From positions 5,024,001-5,088,000 of the forward strand of contig CM119372.1 of assembly GCA_051294905.1 (NCBI GenBank): a stretch of DNA of 64,000 nt. Direction: 5' to 3'. The translations under genes and the position numbers were made by a program. Below are positions 1 to 12,834 of this stretch, in pieces. Below the pieces are notes generated by a model that did no database searches, was not told the DNA's origin, and worked only from the letters and a program-made list of their open reading frames with translations. The number at the start of each line of letters is the position of its first letter. Positions within the stretch are counted from its first letter, which is position 1. This DNA is from Botryllus schlosseri. Its lineage: Eukaryota.

Positions 1-3000
1 CGCCGCGTGAAGAGACACCTTCAGAGGATAGCGAAGAGGACTGGACGCCGTCGGCCTTGAAAACGGTGAAAAAACCAATAACCATCAACATAAAACTTCC
101 TGGTGCGCAGACGGAGAAAACTAACGATCCAGCAAGCCATAAAGCGCAAAATAACGGAAATGAGAAGGTTCGTAAACGTAAAAAGAAGAAGAAACGTCAC
201 ACCAATCCCGGCGATTCTGCTATGTCCTTGGAAATGTTAGGAAAGACGTTGAAGCGGTGCCGCGAAAAAGCCAACGTGACAACTGAAAAACCCGCAGACA
301 ATACAAAGACGAAGGAGCATACCGTTGACACTGATTCCAAACTAATCGGTGGAGCCTCCGGCACTGCGATGGCGCCGGAAAAGAAAATCGATTCGCAATT
401 CAACAACCAATATCACAACGCAATGTGGTATCCCGCGCAGAATCACGCCATGATGAATAGGTGTCGGGCGCAGGTGGTGAGGCCGGTACGCGGGTATCAT
501 TACCCGTACGCGTACCAGGCCATGCGCACGGCGAGCATGCGGTATCCTATGCATCCGGGGATGCTCGCGATGACGAGCATGGAGCCTCCGCCGTTGCCAG
601 AAGACGGTAAGTCACGTTGGCCACAATAGTGAATAATATATTTGTATTGAAATGAACCCGAATATTTTTGACTGACACCCGTCAGGGGTAATTGTCAGCA
701 ACTAGTAGAGAATTGAAAAGGACATCGTATATTGACAATCGTATCACTAAATATGATGCCGCCTGCGTGAAAATTCAGGTTTATTTCAATATGATTGTAT
801 TATTCAATCGTGCATTGAAGTTCACTGCATCCGAGAGCCTCTTCGATTGTGTGCGTGTTGTGTTTCTGTTGTATTTTATTTTTGTTCTATCAAAAAACTG
901 GCAACGAACTATTTCTACTTTTTCCCAATACTAGAGTAGGTTTTTCCTACCCTCGCTACTTACTCCAGTGGTTGTGTTATGTTAGAACACTTCGCTTCTG
1001 CTTGATTGATTTTTTACGCAAAACAGCTTGCTTTTTAGACTTTGGATTTTGTAAAATACAAAGTAGTAGTGTTTGGGTAGGTTTGCACACCTATATGGCT
1101 GATATTATCATACCAACTGGGCCAAATACACCGTGCACCATGGTATCTGAATGTACTTGCGAAAATTGAACCTATTGTGATGTCGTTATTGACAATTAGC
1201 GGCTACAAGTATGCGGCCGCACGACCAAATCAACTTTTTTGAACCACCTACCCGGATATCAAAATATGGTAACCCTATACTATTGACCACTGCTGTAAGT
1301 ACGGCGCCCTTGCCCCTTCATTAATAGTTACGTTCTTGTATTTAGAATTTCCTGAACGACCACCGGAGCCTAAAGAAAGTGAGTGGCTTAAGTTGTAGTT
1401 AGTGTTTTCGCAGCCATGCAGTGATGTGTTTCCAAGTTGTTTGATTCCGACATGACATGAGATACACAAGTAGCTTGAATTACACTTTGCCCGTTCTAGG
1501 GAAGAAATTGACCGACAAACAAGTGATGAATCTCTTCAAGAAGAAAAACATATCTGCGGAAACACTGCCTGTAATACTTCAAGACGATGAGGAGTACGTC
1601 CGCCAAACGCATAGTATTTATGCAGAGTAAAACGGTATTTTCGATACAGAAAAGAGGTGAAATTGCCGTCGCCCGCTCGATCCTTTGGTAGCGACCATCG
1701 CCGAAAGAGGAAGAGATCTTATCGCTCGAAGAGACATTCCAGCTCAGACTCGTATTCGTCTTCACGATCAAGGAGCAGCGATAGGTATTGTTGTCATCAG
1801 TTGATCTCTTGAAAAAATGTTATGATTCTGTGCAATATCGAATCATTGATCAGTATGGAAAATTTTTAGCAGAATATGTTTCTTGAGTTGAAAGTAGTAG
1901 TAATCGCGGCGAGGTACAGTAACATGCAAAAACTATTTGAAGCAGAAGTACAAATTGAAGGTAGGGATATCATTCGAGTAGTTTCATTATGTAGATTTGG
2001 TTACATTAAGCAGGTAAGTGAAGCTGGCTACTTTTGAAATTGCAATACTCACAATGAACGCAACAATACTAACGAGTATGACATTGCAAACAGTCGGTGG
2101 TCGGATTCAGCCTGTTTTCGCTGGTTCTGCAGAACTGTGTCACGAAATTTTATGAGATCAATGAACCTGTTAGAATTATTGGTTACTGTCGACGACTTTT
2201 TTTAATGGAGCTGACTTAAGAATATGACTATTTTGATTGAAAAATTGAACACCACCAACGCATGCAGGTGCAATTATTGAAAATATATTCAGTTGTAATG
2301 ACAATTTCACTCATAAAACGATGCAAATATATCCAAAAGTTACTTTCTACTACAAAATCCAAAGTCTAAAGCCTGTAATCTGGGAGCATAAACACTTCAG
2401 TTGCTAGTACAATTCGGAAAAAGTACTCAGTACTGTACATGATCATCATCATTTTATTAAAATTTTTATCAAATCAATCCACCACAAGATTGTTATACAA
2501 TGAAAAGATAGGAAGGTGCCGAAACGATTTGGGGTAGTCTTTGGAATCGGACACCCACCTCGGCCTACGTAATGTGAATCAGAGGCATGCACGCTGGAGT
2601 TGTAAAAGGATGACATAAAAGGAAGCGACAAAAATAAATGCTGCATGTGTCGGTAGGCGAGGCTGATAAGTCAGATTGTGGTCCTGTAATCTTCCAGGCT
2701 GACTAGTGTTGGTTCAGTAGAAATTGCTTGTATTTCCGATTGACAACAGATTTCGATTAATTATAATAATTGTCAACAGTATATAATGGCATGCGCGTTT
2801 GTGACGGATGCTTCTTCACATTCAGATCATCTCATTCGTACACGCATTCCCGATCTTCGTCGAGGTCCAGTTACAGCAGGTGACCATATCCGCTAGAATT
2901 TCTTCTTGCAAACTCACATTGAGTGAATTTTTTTCCTTTTTTTAGTTACTCGGAGGATTCTGACCGCAGTCGATCAACTTCCTCCAGGTAGAACCTGTTA

Positions 3001-3886
3001 TGTTGTACCGTGGTGGAATAGCCAGCAAAATTTATTTTGTACTCATGTAGAAGCATAGCCGTAAAGTTTTACTCAATTTGTAGTAGAAGCAGTAATTTAG
3101 AAGACGTGTCAAACTTCTTCAGGTGAAAGTAGAGAATGATGGTATAAGTATTAGAGTAAGTCGTAGTTATAAAAAGTGCACTTGGTTGATGGTTTGCTTA
3201 GATTTAGCAAGGTAATCATAGTTGTCTGCTTAGGAATTTGCCAAATCCATCCATCGAAGGACTAATGATGCTACAAATAGGTGAGATTCTTGAATATATT
3301 AACATGTTTCATGGAAGTTTCTGCCGATTTCTATGACGAACATATCCCAAAAACAAAAGGATATAGTTTTTCCGACAAAGTTGTCAAGTAGAAGTCCGAG
3401 TAATTCAAAAAGCACAACGACTTGAGTAAGTTGTTCAAGTAGGCAAAAGCTACTTCAGCTCTCCGAAAAAAGTAGAAGTAATTTGTTTCCGAGCGCCTCT
3501 CTGCTCTCTGTCGGTTCAATGCATCCACCAAAGTGCACTGTGCCATTGCGGATGCTTTAACCCACACCATCCTTTTAGATCACGATATTCGACATCACGT
3601 AGCAGGAGTAGAAGCCGATCGAGAAGTGATACGTGCGTATTGTACTTGTTATTTTATTGTTTTACTCGGAAGATGCAAAACGTTTTTATTTCAAGGCGCC
3701 GGGGTCGAACAACAAGCGTGGATTCATACAGAAGTGATTACTCCACGAGGTGACTTGTTTTGCTGATTGGTTATTTCTTATATATTTACGCAAGTTGAAT
3801 GTTGCAGATCACGAAGCGTGCGCAGAAGCCGCCGTAGAAGCTGGTCTAGAAGGTCCTTCGATTCGAGATCGGATTACTCTTATTGA
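1..3886 (+). CDS. RS-domain (Ser/Arg-rich) protein, 3' part; 5' end lies outside the window
   Basis: Frame-consistent GT-AG exons <1-606, 1500-1593, 1650-1784, 2826-2879, 2946-2987, 3579-3632, 3696-3749, 3808-3886 (TGA). Translation includes an NLS-like KRKKKKKR, PPPLPED, then RSKRHSSSDSYSSSRSRSSDRSSHSYTHSRSSSRSSYS...SRSRSRSRSRSDT...RRSWSRRSFDSRSDYSY*. AATAAA at 3929-3934. Family not identified. Confidence 0.85.
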
Positions 3887-4418
3887 TGATGGTTTCAAAA
3901 TGTTTGCATTCATAACCCTCTTTTTTGCAATAAAAGCTAATCATTTCAACGTTGTACCGTTCACTTGTATAGGTGACTTCATTCAATGTTCCATGGCCCA
4001 CGTGCCAGTCATGCTCAAAATAGGGTAGGAATTCTGAACTCGCGGTGTAATGATCGCAAGCTATCACACTTCTGAAGACTGTCAGTAAACTGGACGACGT
4101 GATTATGGTAACCTGGTTTTGTAACATTTTAGAAACAAAAGTTGCATATGTATTTTGATGATGATAGATTAGCCAGCATTTCGTAAACGTCACTTAGTCG
4201 CTGTGTTTCCCGAGTAAATCACGAGTCCACCCGCCATTTCTATTCCGTGACGGCGAAAGATGCGCATTGTAATACATTGATTCCAATTCATTACTATCAT
4301 CATCATTCGTTTATTAGCAATTTTTATCAGTTCAATACACCACAAAAATGCAATACAAGGAAGGTGTCGAAGCGGCTTGGAGTAGTCTATGGAATCAGAC
4401 ACCCACCTTGGCCTAGGC

Positions 4419-5998
4419 CAGGGGCGGGCAACTTCTCCAAGTCGGCGGGCCGGATATAGGAAAATTAAGTACTTGGCGGGCCGGATTGCTGAATCGACAC
4501 ATTATTCGCCCATTTATCCACGTATACAAGGAATTAATCGTATTTAATGAATGTATTTTAACGACAGCAATGCAACTTCAAAGCCATTTCTCGCCAATAA
4601 TGACGAAGACAGTGTGGATTTGAGAACAGCACTGTCATATAGCAGGCGTGGCCAATCTTTTTGCCACTCACGGCCGCATTTCGACTACTCATGTAGCCTA
4701 CGGCCGCATTCCAGGGAATAGTCGTAATGAACTAGCAGGACGCCAAATACTCATGTTAAAGTGTCTATGTCCATTTCCGGCGAACTCCGTACTAATCTAT
4801 TAAATAATGTAGGCTGTTCATAGTCGCGCAAAGCGCGAAAATTTTTTCAGATTCATTCATGAATTTCGTCATTAAAATTAGTAGTCCTACATATTATTTC
4901 TCATCCCATGTGATCAGATTCACCGGTACAGTTGGTGGAGGGTCGGTCAGGGCAGGCCAATTATTATTATAGTCACTTTGTTGCATGCTGTTCTTTGCAT
5001 GTCTTGACCTCCCGTCAGGATTGTCGATATAGTGAGGAGAACACGATTCCGAGTTGGTATTTCTATATGCGGCGCATCTGTTCGCAACTGTACTGTGGGA
5101 CTCTGATTGCAAAGTGCGCAACTATATTAAAATCGAAAAATAAAGTCACATTGAATCGCGCGCTGCTGCGCGAACAAACTTTCAAGAATAATTAAAATCT
5201 TCCAAGAAAATCGGGAGTCAATTCGTAAATTCAAATTATACGTCGACGGCCGCCAACACCTACTAATTGAATTACGTGTCCACGGCCGCACAAATTTGCT
5301 TCTACGGCCGCAGGTTGGCCACCCCTGTCATACAGGTACCACCATGTCTGCTTTTCTCTGATCAATCAACACACGGTGCAATCGTTCATTAAGATTTCAA
5401 GGCATTCAATAAGCCCGGTACCCCAAATTTACCAAGATATCAATGCATTAGGGTTAAGTAGGTGGCGAGATAGCGTGGTTGTTAAACTGTGCGGCCTGTC
5501 TATCTCGATATTGAATTCATGCGGGCCGCGGCCTTGAAATTTGAAATTGGCCCGCGACCCGTTTTCAGTTGGCGACACCTGGCATACTCGGTGTCTTACA
5601 AAAGCCTAGAAGTGTGCGCCGTGCTACAAGTCGGCGGTTACGGAATCAAAAATAAGAAATATCGGCCTGGTGTATATGACCATTGTCGTCGACAAACACC
5701 ATTATTACCACAAATGACATTAGGGTTCAGTACATCGTAAATGCCGATAATGCAAGTCTTCTCACTTCGACGAACTTACGCGTAAGCTCCACCCTCGCTC
5801 GCTGTACGTACAGTCGTACATACATATGTATAAAAACATAAAATCACTAAAATGTATGTGAGCAAGTATAGTGGGGAATCTCGAAAGACTGGGGCCGGCG
5901 GGCCACATTATCATGTAAGACGAAAAACTGTCCGCGGGCCGGACAAAATCCCTTCGCGGGCCTGATCCGGCCCGCGGGCCGTATGTTGCCCACCCCTG
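4419..5998. mobile_element. hAT (Buster/Charlie-like) non-autonomous element containing nested insertions
   Basis: TIR caggggcgggcaac / gttgcccacccctg; perfect 8-bp TSD gcctaggc (4411-4418, 5999-6006). Confidence 0.88.
4643..5327. mobile_element. hAT-like MITE nested in the 4419-5998 element; related fragment at ~49929-50110
   Basis: TIR caggcgtggccaa / ttggccacccctg; TSD tcatatag / tcatacag. Confidence 0.85.
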
Positions 5999-8254
5999 GC
6001 CTAGGCGATGTAAAGAGGGGGCATGCACAGTTGCACACTGCATGAAAAGTAAAAGAAGATAGTATAGAAAAAAGCAAGCGACAAAAAATGGGGTGGTAAA
6101 ATGGGTAGTAACAGCAAAAAAGAAAAGGACTCTTGGCTCGAGTTCAAAGTATCACGATCGCGATGTGTTCAAAATAACTTAATTTAACATTACCGAAGCC
6201 AAACAAAGTATAAGTGGCTATCCGGGAAATACTTGACCTATATATTTGTCAAGCGCAAGTAGAGATGCCGATGTTAGCGATTCATGACTACAATACACCT
6301 CATCCCTGAGCAAGGATGCGAGATACTGGTGAGTATGTAACAAACGTGAATGCGCTGACGATGGCTAATGTAAATAAAGGGAGTATATTATTGATCCCTT
6401 TCAAAAATCAAATCACCCTATCGCGTTAACTGTAATTCGAACAACTAAGGCAAGACGTAAAAGCTGAACAAACATTTCATGCAATGTTTTGGCTGATCAA
6501 TCGATCATTCTTAAAAAAAATCAAATAATAACACCACAAGATTGCGATATATTGAAGAGTTAGGTGGGGAGCAAAACGACATGGAGCCTATTTTAATCAG
6601 ACACCCGCCCCCTTCGGCCTCTTGGCCGCCCTAGAACACGTAAATAAGTGGTATACACGTTGGATTTATTAAAGGATAACAAAGCGACTAAAATTAATAC
6701 GGTATATGTCGGTAGGCGGTGACGTTGTCAGTTTGTGGTCGGGGAAATCTTGAGGTCAGATCGATTCATTCAGCAATAACTGCTGGTATTTCGACTTGGA
6801 TGTGGACACCGATATATTAAAATTGTACGATTCATTGATCTCTGCGTCGCTACCGTATTTATAACCCACAACGATTGTACCATATTCGAAAATTAATATC
6901 ATATACAGGACCTCCTATGCTTGAATTCATTTGTTCAGCACAGCCATAAACTGATTTTATTAAAACGAGATATGCTTGGAACGCCGAAAAAGGGCGTGAC
7001 GCGGTTCCCCACCTTCTGTTGTTTGCCGCAAAACAGTGTTGCAGACCTTCTCTCTCATTGGTCGATGGCTTGTTATGCCGGCGGTGCAGTAAACGGTAGT
7101 AGTAGATTCACTGGCTTGCCTGACGCTGACAGTATGTATTACAGACAGACAATGGCCTGGGAAACCGCTGGGGATTTCTTTTCTAACAGCTTGTGCGAAG
7201 TGACAGGTGATAGGTCGGTAGAACTACTATATGGCACAACTACACCGCCGCCGTATTCTGTAATATTTAACGTGATCTGTCATATACCGGTAGGGCTTGT
7301 AATTCGTATACAATAAGGTTTGAGTTGCGTGATGAATGGCAAATATTTCTTCAATGAACTGACGTCACGATTTTGCGGGGATATTGCAATATCGAATATT
7401 GAGTCCTTCAAGTTTCTGACCTCCCTGACTGTTATCGCCCTCGAACAAACCGCTTCATTTTCCCAATTCATTCGATACGATTGATAAATTATTGAATTAT
7501 CAATTTTTTTTTTGGCAGTCGTAATGTATCATTTATTGAAAATTTTCTCACTCCCCTAATATGCAATTGGCACATTAATTAATAGGCACTTTTCCGATTG
7601 TTCCCAGGCAATTTTGAGTGACCTAGGGTTAGCGTCGAACTTCGATTATGTTAGGGTTAGGTTAGCTTCGGTTACTTAGGGTCTGTGCCAGTGGTCGGGG
7701 TTAGAGTTAGCTTAGGTGCGGGCTAGGATAGCTTGGATTAGGTTTGAGAGAAAGGATTTAAAATTGACGCGTGTTAGTCAGAATATTCCTTACACTGAGC
7801 ACAACCATCCAATCTAACTCTAACCCGCAACCGAACAAGGGCCCATCCGCCACATGCCACCTTATTTTGTCTCTGGCCCTTTTATGTTATCTCGTATTTC
7901 TTTTTGTTCGATTTGCATGCGTGCTCTTTACATAAATTAGGCCCAGAGGTGGGTGTCTGATTTCAAAGACTACTACAAGTCGTTTCGACACCTTATTTTT
8001 CATTGTATCGCAGTCTTGTGGTATATTGATCTGATTAAATTGTTAATGATTATTATTCAAAACCTCTTCAATACCATTTTTATGAATTTTTTCACTAAAA
8101 TTTATTATAATATATTTCAAGGTGGCATGATTTGCTTTCAACATTGCATGAGTGTATCAACATGGGTGGCTGAAGCTACTACAGCCTTATGATAATTATG
8201 ACATTATCTTTGTGTTGGGTTTTAGCTTCGAGTGAGTCTAATATACTGAACAAA

Positions 8255-11200
8255 ATGTCACAAGTTGTCGGCGAAGAGCCCATGACCGATATCTGCAAAT
8301 TCTCAATGCTGATTGGGGCCATCTTGGCTTCTGCCGTATACCTACAAGTCCTTCGCAACAGGCAGTATTGGGTCATCATGGAAACACTATTCGGAGTAGC
8401 GTCGGTGTTGTGTCTGCCATTTGCAGATAAAATGATTGCCAGCTATGTGAGTATTTATCAATTTACGCCAATTGTAATCGTGCAGGATTGGAACTGTTGA
8501 ATTTTTGTATCGTTACAGCAAACTACTGGCAGAAACAGTCTTGCGCTGTATCTGTTTAGAATAATGATATGCGCAAGAGTGGCTCAAGCGTCCGTTATAT
8601 TTTTGACGAGAAAATCTCGAGACCCGACTGTTGCAATTGGAATATCAATCAGCAATATCTTGGTAGGTAATAATGTTTTATGATGTTCAAGCGTTCATAA
8701 GCGACTCTTCGATGTACAGAACTTCAATATGCAACCGAAAATTATATGTTTACATAAACCCGAATATTTTTTGGCTGACACCTGTCAGGGGCAATTGTCA
8801 ACAGCTACTCCAAGTCGTGTTGACAGTGTCAAAATACAATGAAACGATATAGGGGTGTCAAAATTTGACAGCAATCTTGATCGCAATCTTGTGGTGCATT
8901 GATGTGATGAATAACAATAAACTGAACTCAACTGGTAGAGAAAAAGACCTTTTAAATTCACTACTAGTTGATGACAATTGCCCCTCCCTTCTAATAATGT
9001 CAGCTGAAAATATATGGGTTTATTTCAATATGAATATACTATTCACTATACTGTAGTAACCATCTCGAAACATAGTAGACCTTACTTTATTAACCATCTA
9101 CAAACATAGTAGACCTATATGCAGATCCGATCCAATAATATTAATGTTAGATTATCCTATATTTTGACTCAGTAGCACTGTGCAATAAGATAGCGCAATG
9201 GTGGAGTGGAGTGTCTGGCTTTTTGATCGGTAGGTCGGGAGCTCCATCCCCGGCCGGGTCATACCACAGACCCGATCAGTAAAACTGGTATTTTCGGCTT
9301 CCCCGCTTGGCGCTCAGCATTTCCGGGTGTTGCAAGACTTGAGAAACCTTACGAGGATATACCGTAATTTTCCATGTATAATCCGCAAAATTTTCACGAT
9401 CTTTTGCCCTAAAATCGGGGGTGCGTATTATACATGGGAACAACACGCTTGAAAAAAATCTCCCTCGATAAAAAACTTGAAATCACACCTTTCTTCATGT
9501 TTGTTTCCAATCGCGCATCACTTTCAGCCATCGTGCCCAGTAATTCGTATTATCAGTGTAACGCGTTGCCAATTAGCAAAAAGCGTGTTGCCAATTAACG
9601 AGAGGCGTCTGCGCAGCACGCAATCTCCTGCTGAGTTGGTTTGCCGTTTGCACGCGAGCGAAATTAGGTCATTCATTGATTGCTGAACGCGCGCGCGACA
9701 ATCCTCGCTAATTCATCGACAGTCCATGTGCGCAAAAGGTAATCGCTTGCGTAATCAGTCACATCTCCAACAGGCGTGGTGCGCACGACATAACCGTTGG
9801 CCTGAGCAATCGCATCTGACCTCGTGCGCAAGATGTCGCGTCGCCGGCCTCGCAGACTTTGGCTGCTATCTACTATCGTATAGAGACAATACCGTTACTT
9901 GTATAATGATTAGCAATCGCATCTGTAATAGGCCTCGTGCGCAAGACGTCGTGTCGCTGGCCCGAACTATCGCGTCGCCAGCCTCACAGGCTTTGGCTGC
10001 TCTCTACTATGACAATGCCGTTAATTGCATAATGATTAGTGATGGTCATGTCATGATTGTTCGACAGTGACATCGCAAAACAAAACACCATCGTGTACTA
10101 AAACACAACTATTCATGTACTGCGAATGCAGGGTGCGTACTATACATGAGAACAGGCTTTTTCCCAGAATTTGCATGCTATTTTAAGGGTGTGTATTATA
10201 CATGGGGGCGTACTATACTTGGAAAATTACGGTATGTACACCTTCCTGGTCCAGCGACATCTGCACATTATGCACTCATGGTATGCATATGCACAGGTCG
10301 TGTGTATGAGTATGTATATCATGAGTCGGTGTATATGCCGCAATAACGTCGAGGATTAAAATATGTAACGTCCTATCTCTAATACAATTTTCCTGTACGT
10401 TTTCTTTCATTCTATTTTTTGTTCAATTCAGTCAAGAATGGCCTTGGTGATGTGTGCCTTGCATGGGATTTACCATACATCGACAATAAATGAAGTGAGT
10501 GATTGAATCAAAGTTATTTACGACTAAGTAATGAAAGCCTGTGTAATAACTTATTGCAGAAGCATCTGAAAGTAGACGCCTTCGTTTGCTCACTTCTGAT
10601 TGTTGGAGACTTGTTCCAAATATCCAAAGTAACGACTCGAGAGGGCAGCCTGACTATCGGCGACCCCGTTAGCTTCCATCTTTCTGTGGATGGTCTCCTA
10701 TCGTTCGTGTTCGCTTCGTGGATTTTTGGATTCCCTGATATGTTTCTGTATGCTGTGGTAGGTGAACGTATATGTGAATTTATGCTCCCCTAGTAAGCGT
10801 CACATGATTCCGGAATTGTCTAAAATAGCTTTACTGTCTTGTGAATGCAGGCCTGTAATTTGTAAGTTCTTAGAATGTTTGTGACAGCCACATTGAGTGC
10901 ACCGCGCACGTGTACAAACTACTGGATTTTCAAAATGTGCTACTACAACTAGAACTAGTCACTTTTCAAATCTCGCAACCAAGGTTGTAATGACTCAAGT
11001 CACAATTTTTTGATGACTCGACTTGACTCGAGTCATTTTCTCAAAATACGGAAATGACTCGACTGTGTATCTGTGTATGGACTCTACTTGGACTCGAGTA
11101 ATTGCGCATGACTCGAACTAAGTTATTTGTCTCGAGACTCAGACGGCTAAGACCGACATTTCATTGTAATTTCGAAGAATAGTAAAGTAACCCTCTATTG

Positions 11201-12834
11201 GGATTTCGTCTATTGGTACTGGTACTTGAAAATTTGACCAGAAGCTACTAAAAGTGAGGAAAATTTGTATATTATGAATGCGAACCATTGGATATCACCA
11301 AACAGAGGTATAGAAAGTGGGTTTAACAAGACTTTGACTGGAAACTAAGCGGTCAACACAATGACTTGTACTCGGACCCGAGTCACAACTCTATGACTTG
11401 GAATCCACCTTCTCCTCGATGACTTGGACTCGGACTTGACTCGGTGGTGAATTGAAAATGACTCGACTTGACTCAAAACTATAAAAGTGAGATTGACTCG
11501 TGACTCGGAGCCTTGTGACTTCGTTACGACCCTGCTCGCAACTAGAACTAGAACTAACGACATTTAATATTCTGCATATAACTAACTAAATTGCAAATGA
11601 ATTGAAACATTGGAGTTAGAATCGGCATTTCAAAAGGACGGCGGTTTCGAGTTTGAAATGCGAGAGGTCCCGACCCGAAAACCCCTGGGCTATGCCACTG
11701 TTCGTAGTGAGCCACTGAACCAGACTTGGACAACTAGATAATTCTAGTTGGATCTAATTAGACAATTTGAGCAATATGCCGGTACTCTGATCTAATCTAA
11801 TTTATGAAATGCTTCCTTGCCCAAATTTTGATACAATTTTTGGTTTTACTGAGAAGGCTGCAGGAGATCTGTTTAGTGCGGAACGAGTCAAGCTTGCTAA
11901 ACAGACATTTGCCATTCTCATAGCTTGTGAGGATGAACTCCAATTTGATATGTTCAGTACTTCTAAAATCAAATTTGGAAAGCACAGTGTGGCTGTAATT
12001 CTAATTCTGATCTAATTTGAAAAAGCTGAAAATTTTCTAGTCCAACTCTGCCCAGAGCTAGCAAATATTTTTTTGATGCAAAAGTATAACTGGCACTAGG
12101 ACTACTCACAAAACCAGTAGGCCTAGTTAATTGACCGCGGTTTGAACAGTCAGCTTTGAACACTGTTCACTAGATTTCTTACATAGCCTACTCAAAATCT
12201 TCACTGATCGATACAACAATTACATAAATGCGTGTATTAGATCTGAAGATTTGCGCTGACAATATGACGTTCAGTTCTTTGACAGCACCATCGTCAAAAT
12301 GTGTACCAAAAATATAAAAACTTTTGATTTTAAGAATCCCAACATCACTCCAAATGAAGGCCAGGTGGCACTTGCAAAGGTGATTGGATGCATGGTGTTT
12401 GGTCTCGCCTTGCTGTCCTTTGCCGCTCTATGCTTCAAGAAAAATGATGATGGTGTGGCTGTATTACAAGCCAAGCTGATGGTGAGTAAACCACTTTATT
12501 GAGTTAATCTTGCCTTTCTAATAAGATACCGGTATGCAACTTGGCTAAATTTCGGTGTTGTGTTTTGCGAATCGATAGGCATTCATGCAATTGTTGCTGT
12601 ATGCATGAATGTCTTTTGATTTGGTTTGCAGGAGGCACTGATAGCTTTTTCATTAAGTTCGTAATTCTTTTGCAGTTCTACCTGCCGACATTCCTTTTTG
12701 GAACCTTGATTTGCATTACTGATGCTCAGTACAGAAGCCAGGGACATGTTTTCATGTTCATGACAATTTTTGCAGCACTCGGAGGGAATGCTCTGTATTC
12801 TGTTTGGCAAAACAGGAAGGAGAAGGAACGTTAA
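8255..12834 (+). CDS. Multi-pass membrane protein, paralogue A (300 aa), tandem TP53I11-like 4-TM repeats
   Basis: Exons 8255-8446, 8519-8662, 10432-10494, 10560-10757, 12335-12481, 12676-12834; all introns phase 0 GT-AG; open throughout. Motifs YLQV, TRKSRDP, GDLFQ, TIGDPVS, GFPDMF, LLSFAALCFK; ends RKEKER*. AATAAA at 13844-13849. Confidence 0.88.
9189..10375 (+). mobile_element. tRNA-derived SINE interrupted by the pogo-like element
   Basis: Degenerate A/B-box head followed by ccggccgggtcatacc...ggcgctcagca core shared with the copy at 56903-57160; 3' boundary approximate. Confidence 0.7.
9362..10232. mobile_element. Tc1/mariner-superfamily (pogo/Tc2-like) non-autonomous element inserted in a SINE
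   Basis: TIR ccgtaattttcca / tggaaaattacgg, TA on both sides, subterminal gcgta(t/c)tatacatg repeats. Confidence 0.85.
10980..11534. mobile_element. hAT-like MITE with GACTCGAGTC subterminal repeats
   Basis: TIR caaggttgtaa / ttacgaccctg; perfect TSD ctcgcaac. Confidence 0.88.

Noticed and set aside
57..629. 190-aa ORF as a complete single-exon gene
   Set aside because: The frame is open from base 3, the listed start is TTG, and a GTAAGT donor at 607 splices in frame to downstream RS exons.
6921..7316. 131-aa ORF as a gene
   Set aside because: Non-ATG start, no recognisable motif and no consistent exon chain; it may be promoter or 5'UTR sequence of paralogue A but this cannot be supported.
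7620..7830. TTAGGG-like repeats as an interstitial telomere (also ~40435-40485, ~43045-43075)
   Set aside because: Highly degenerate with no run of perfect units; more likely internal repeats of old non-autonomous elements.
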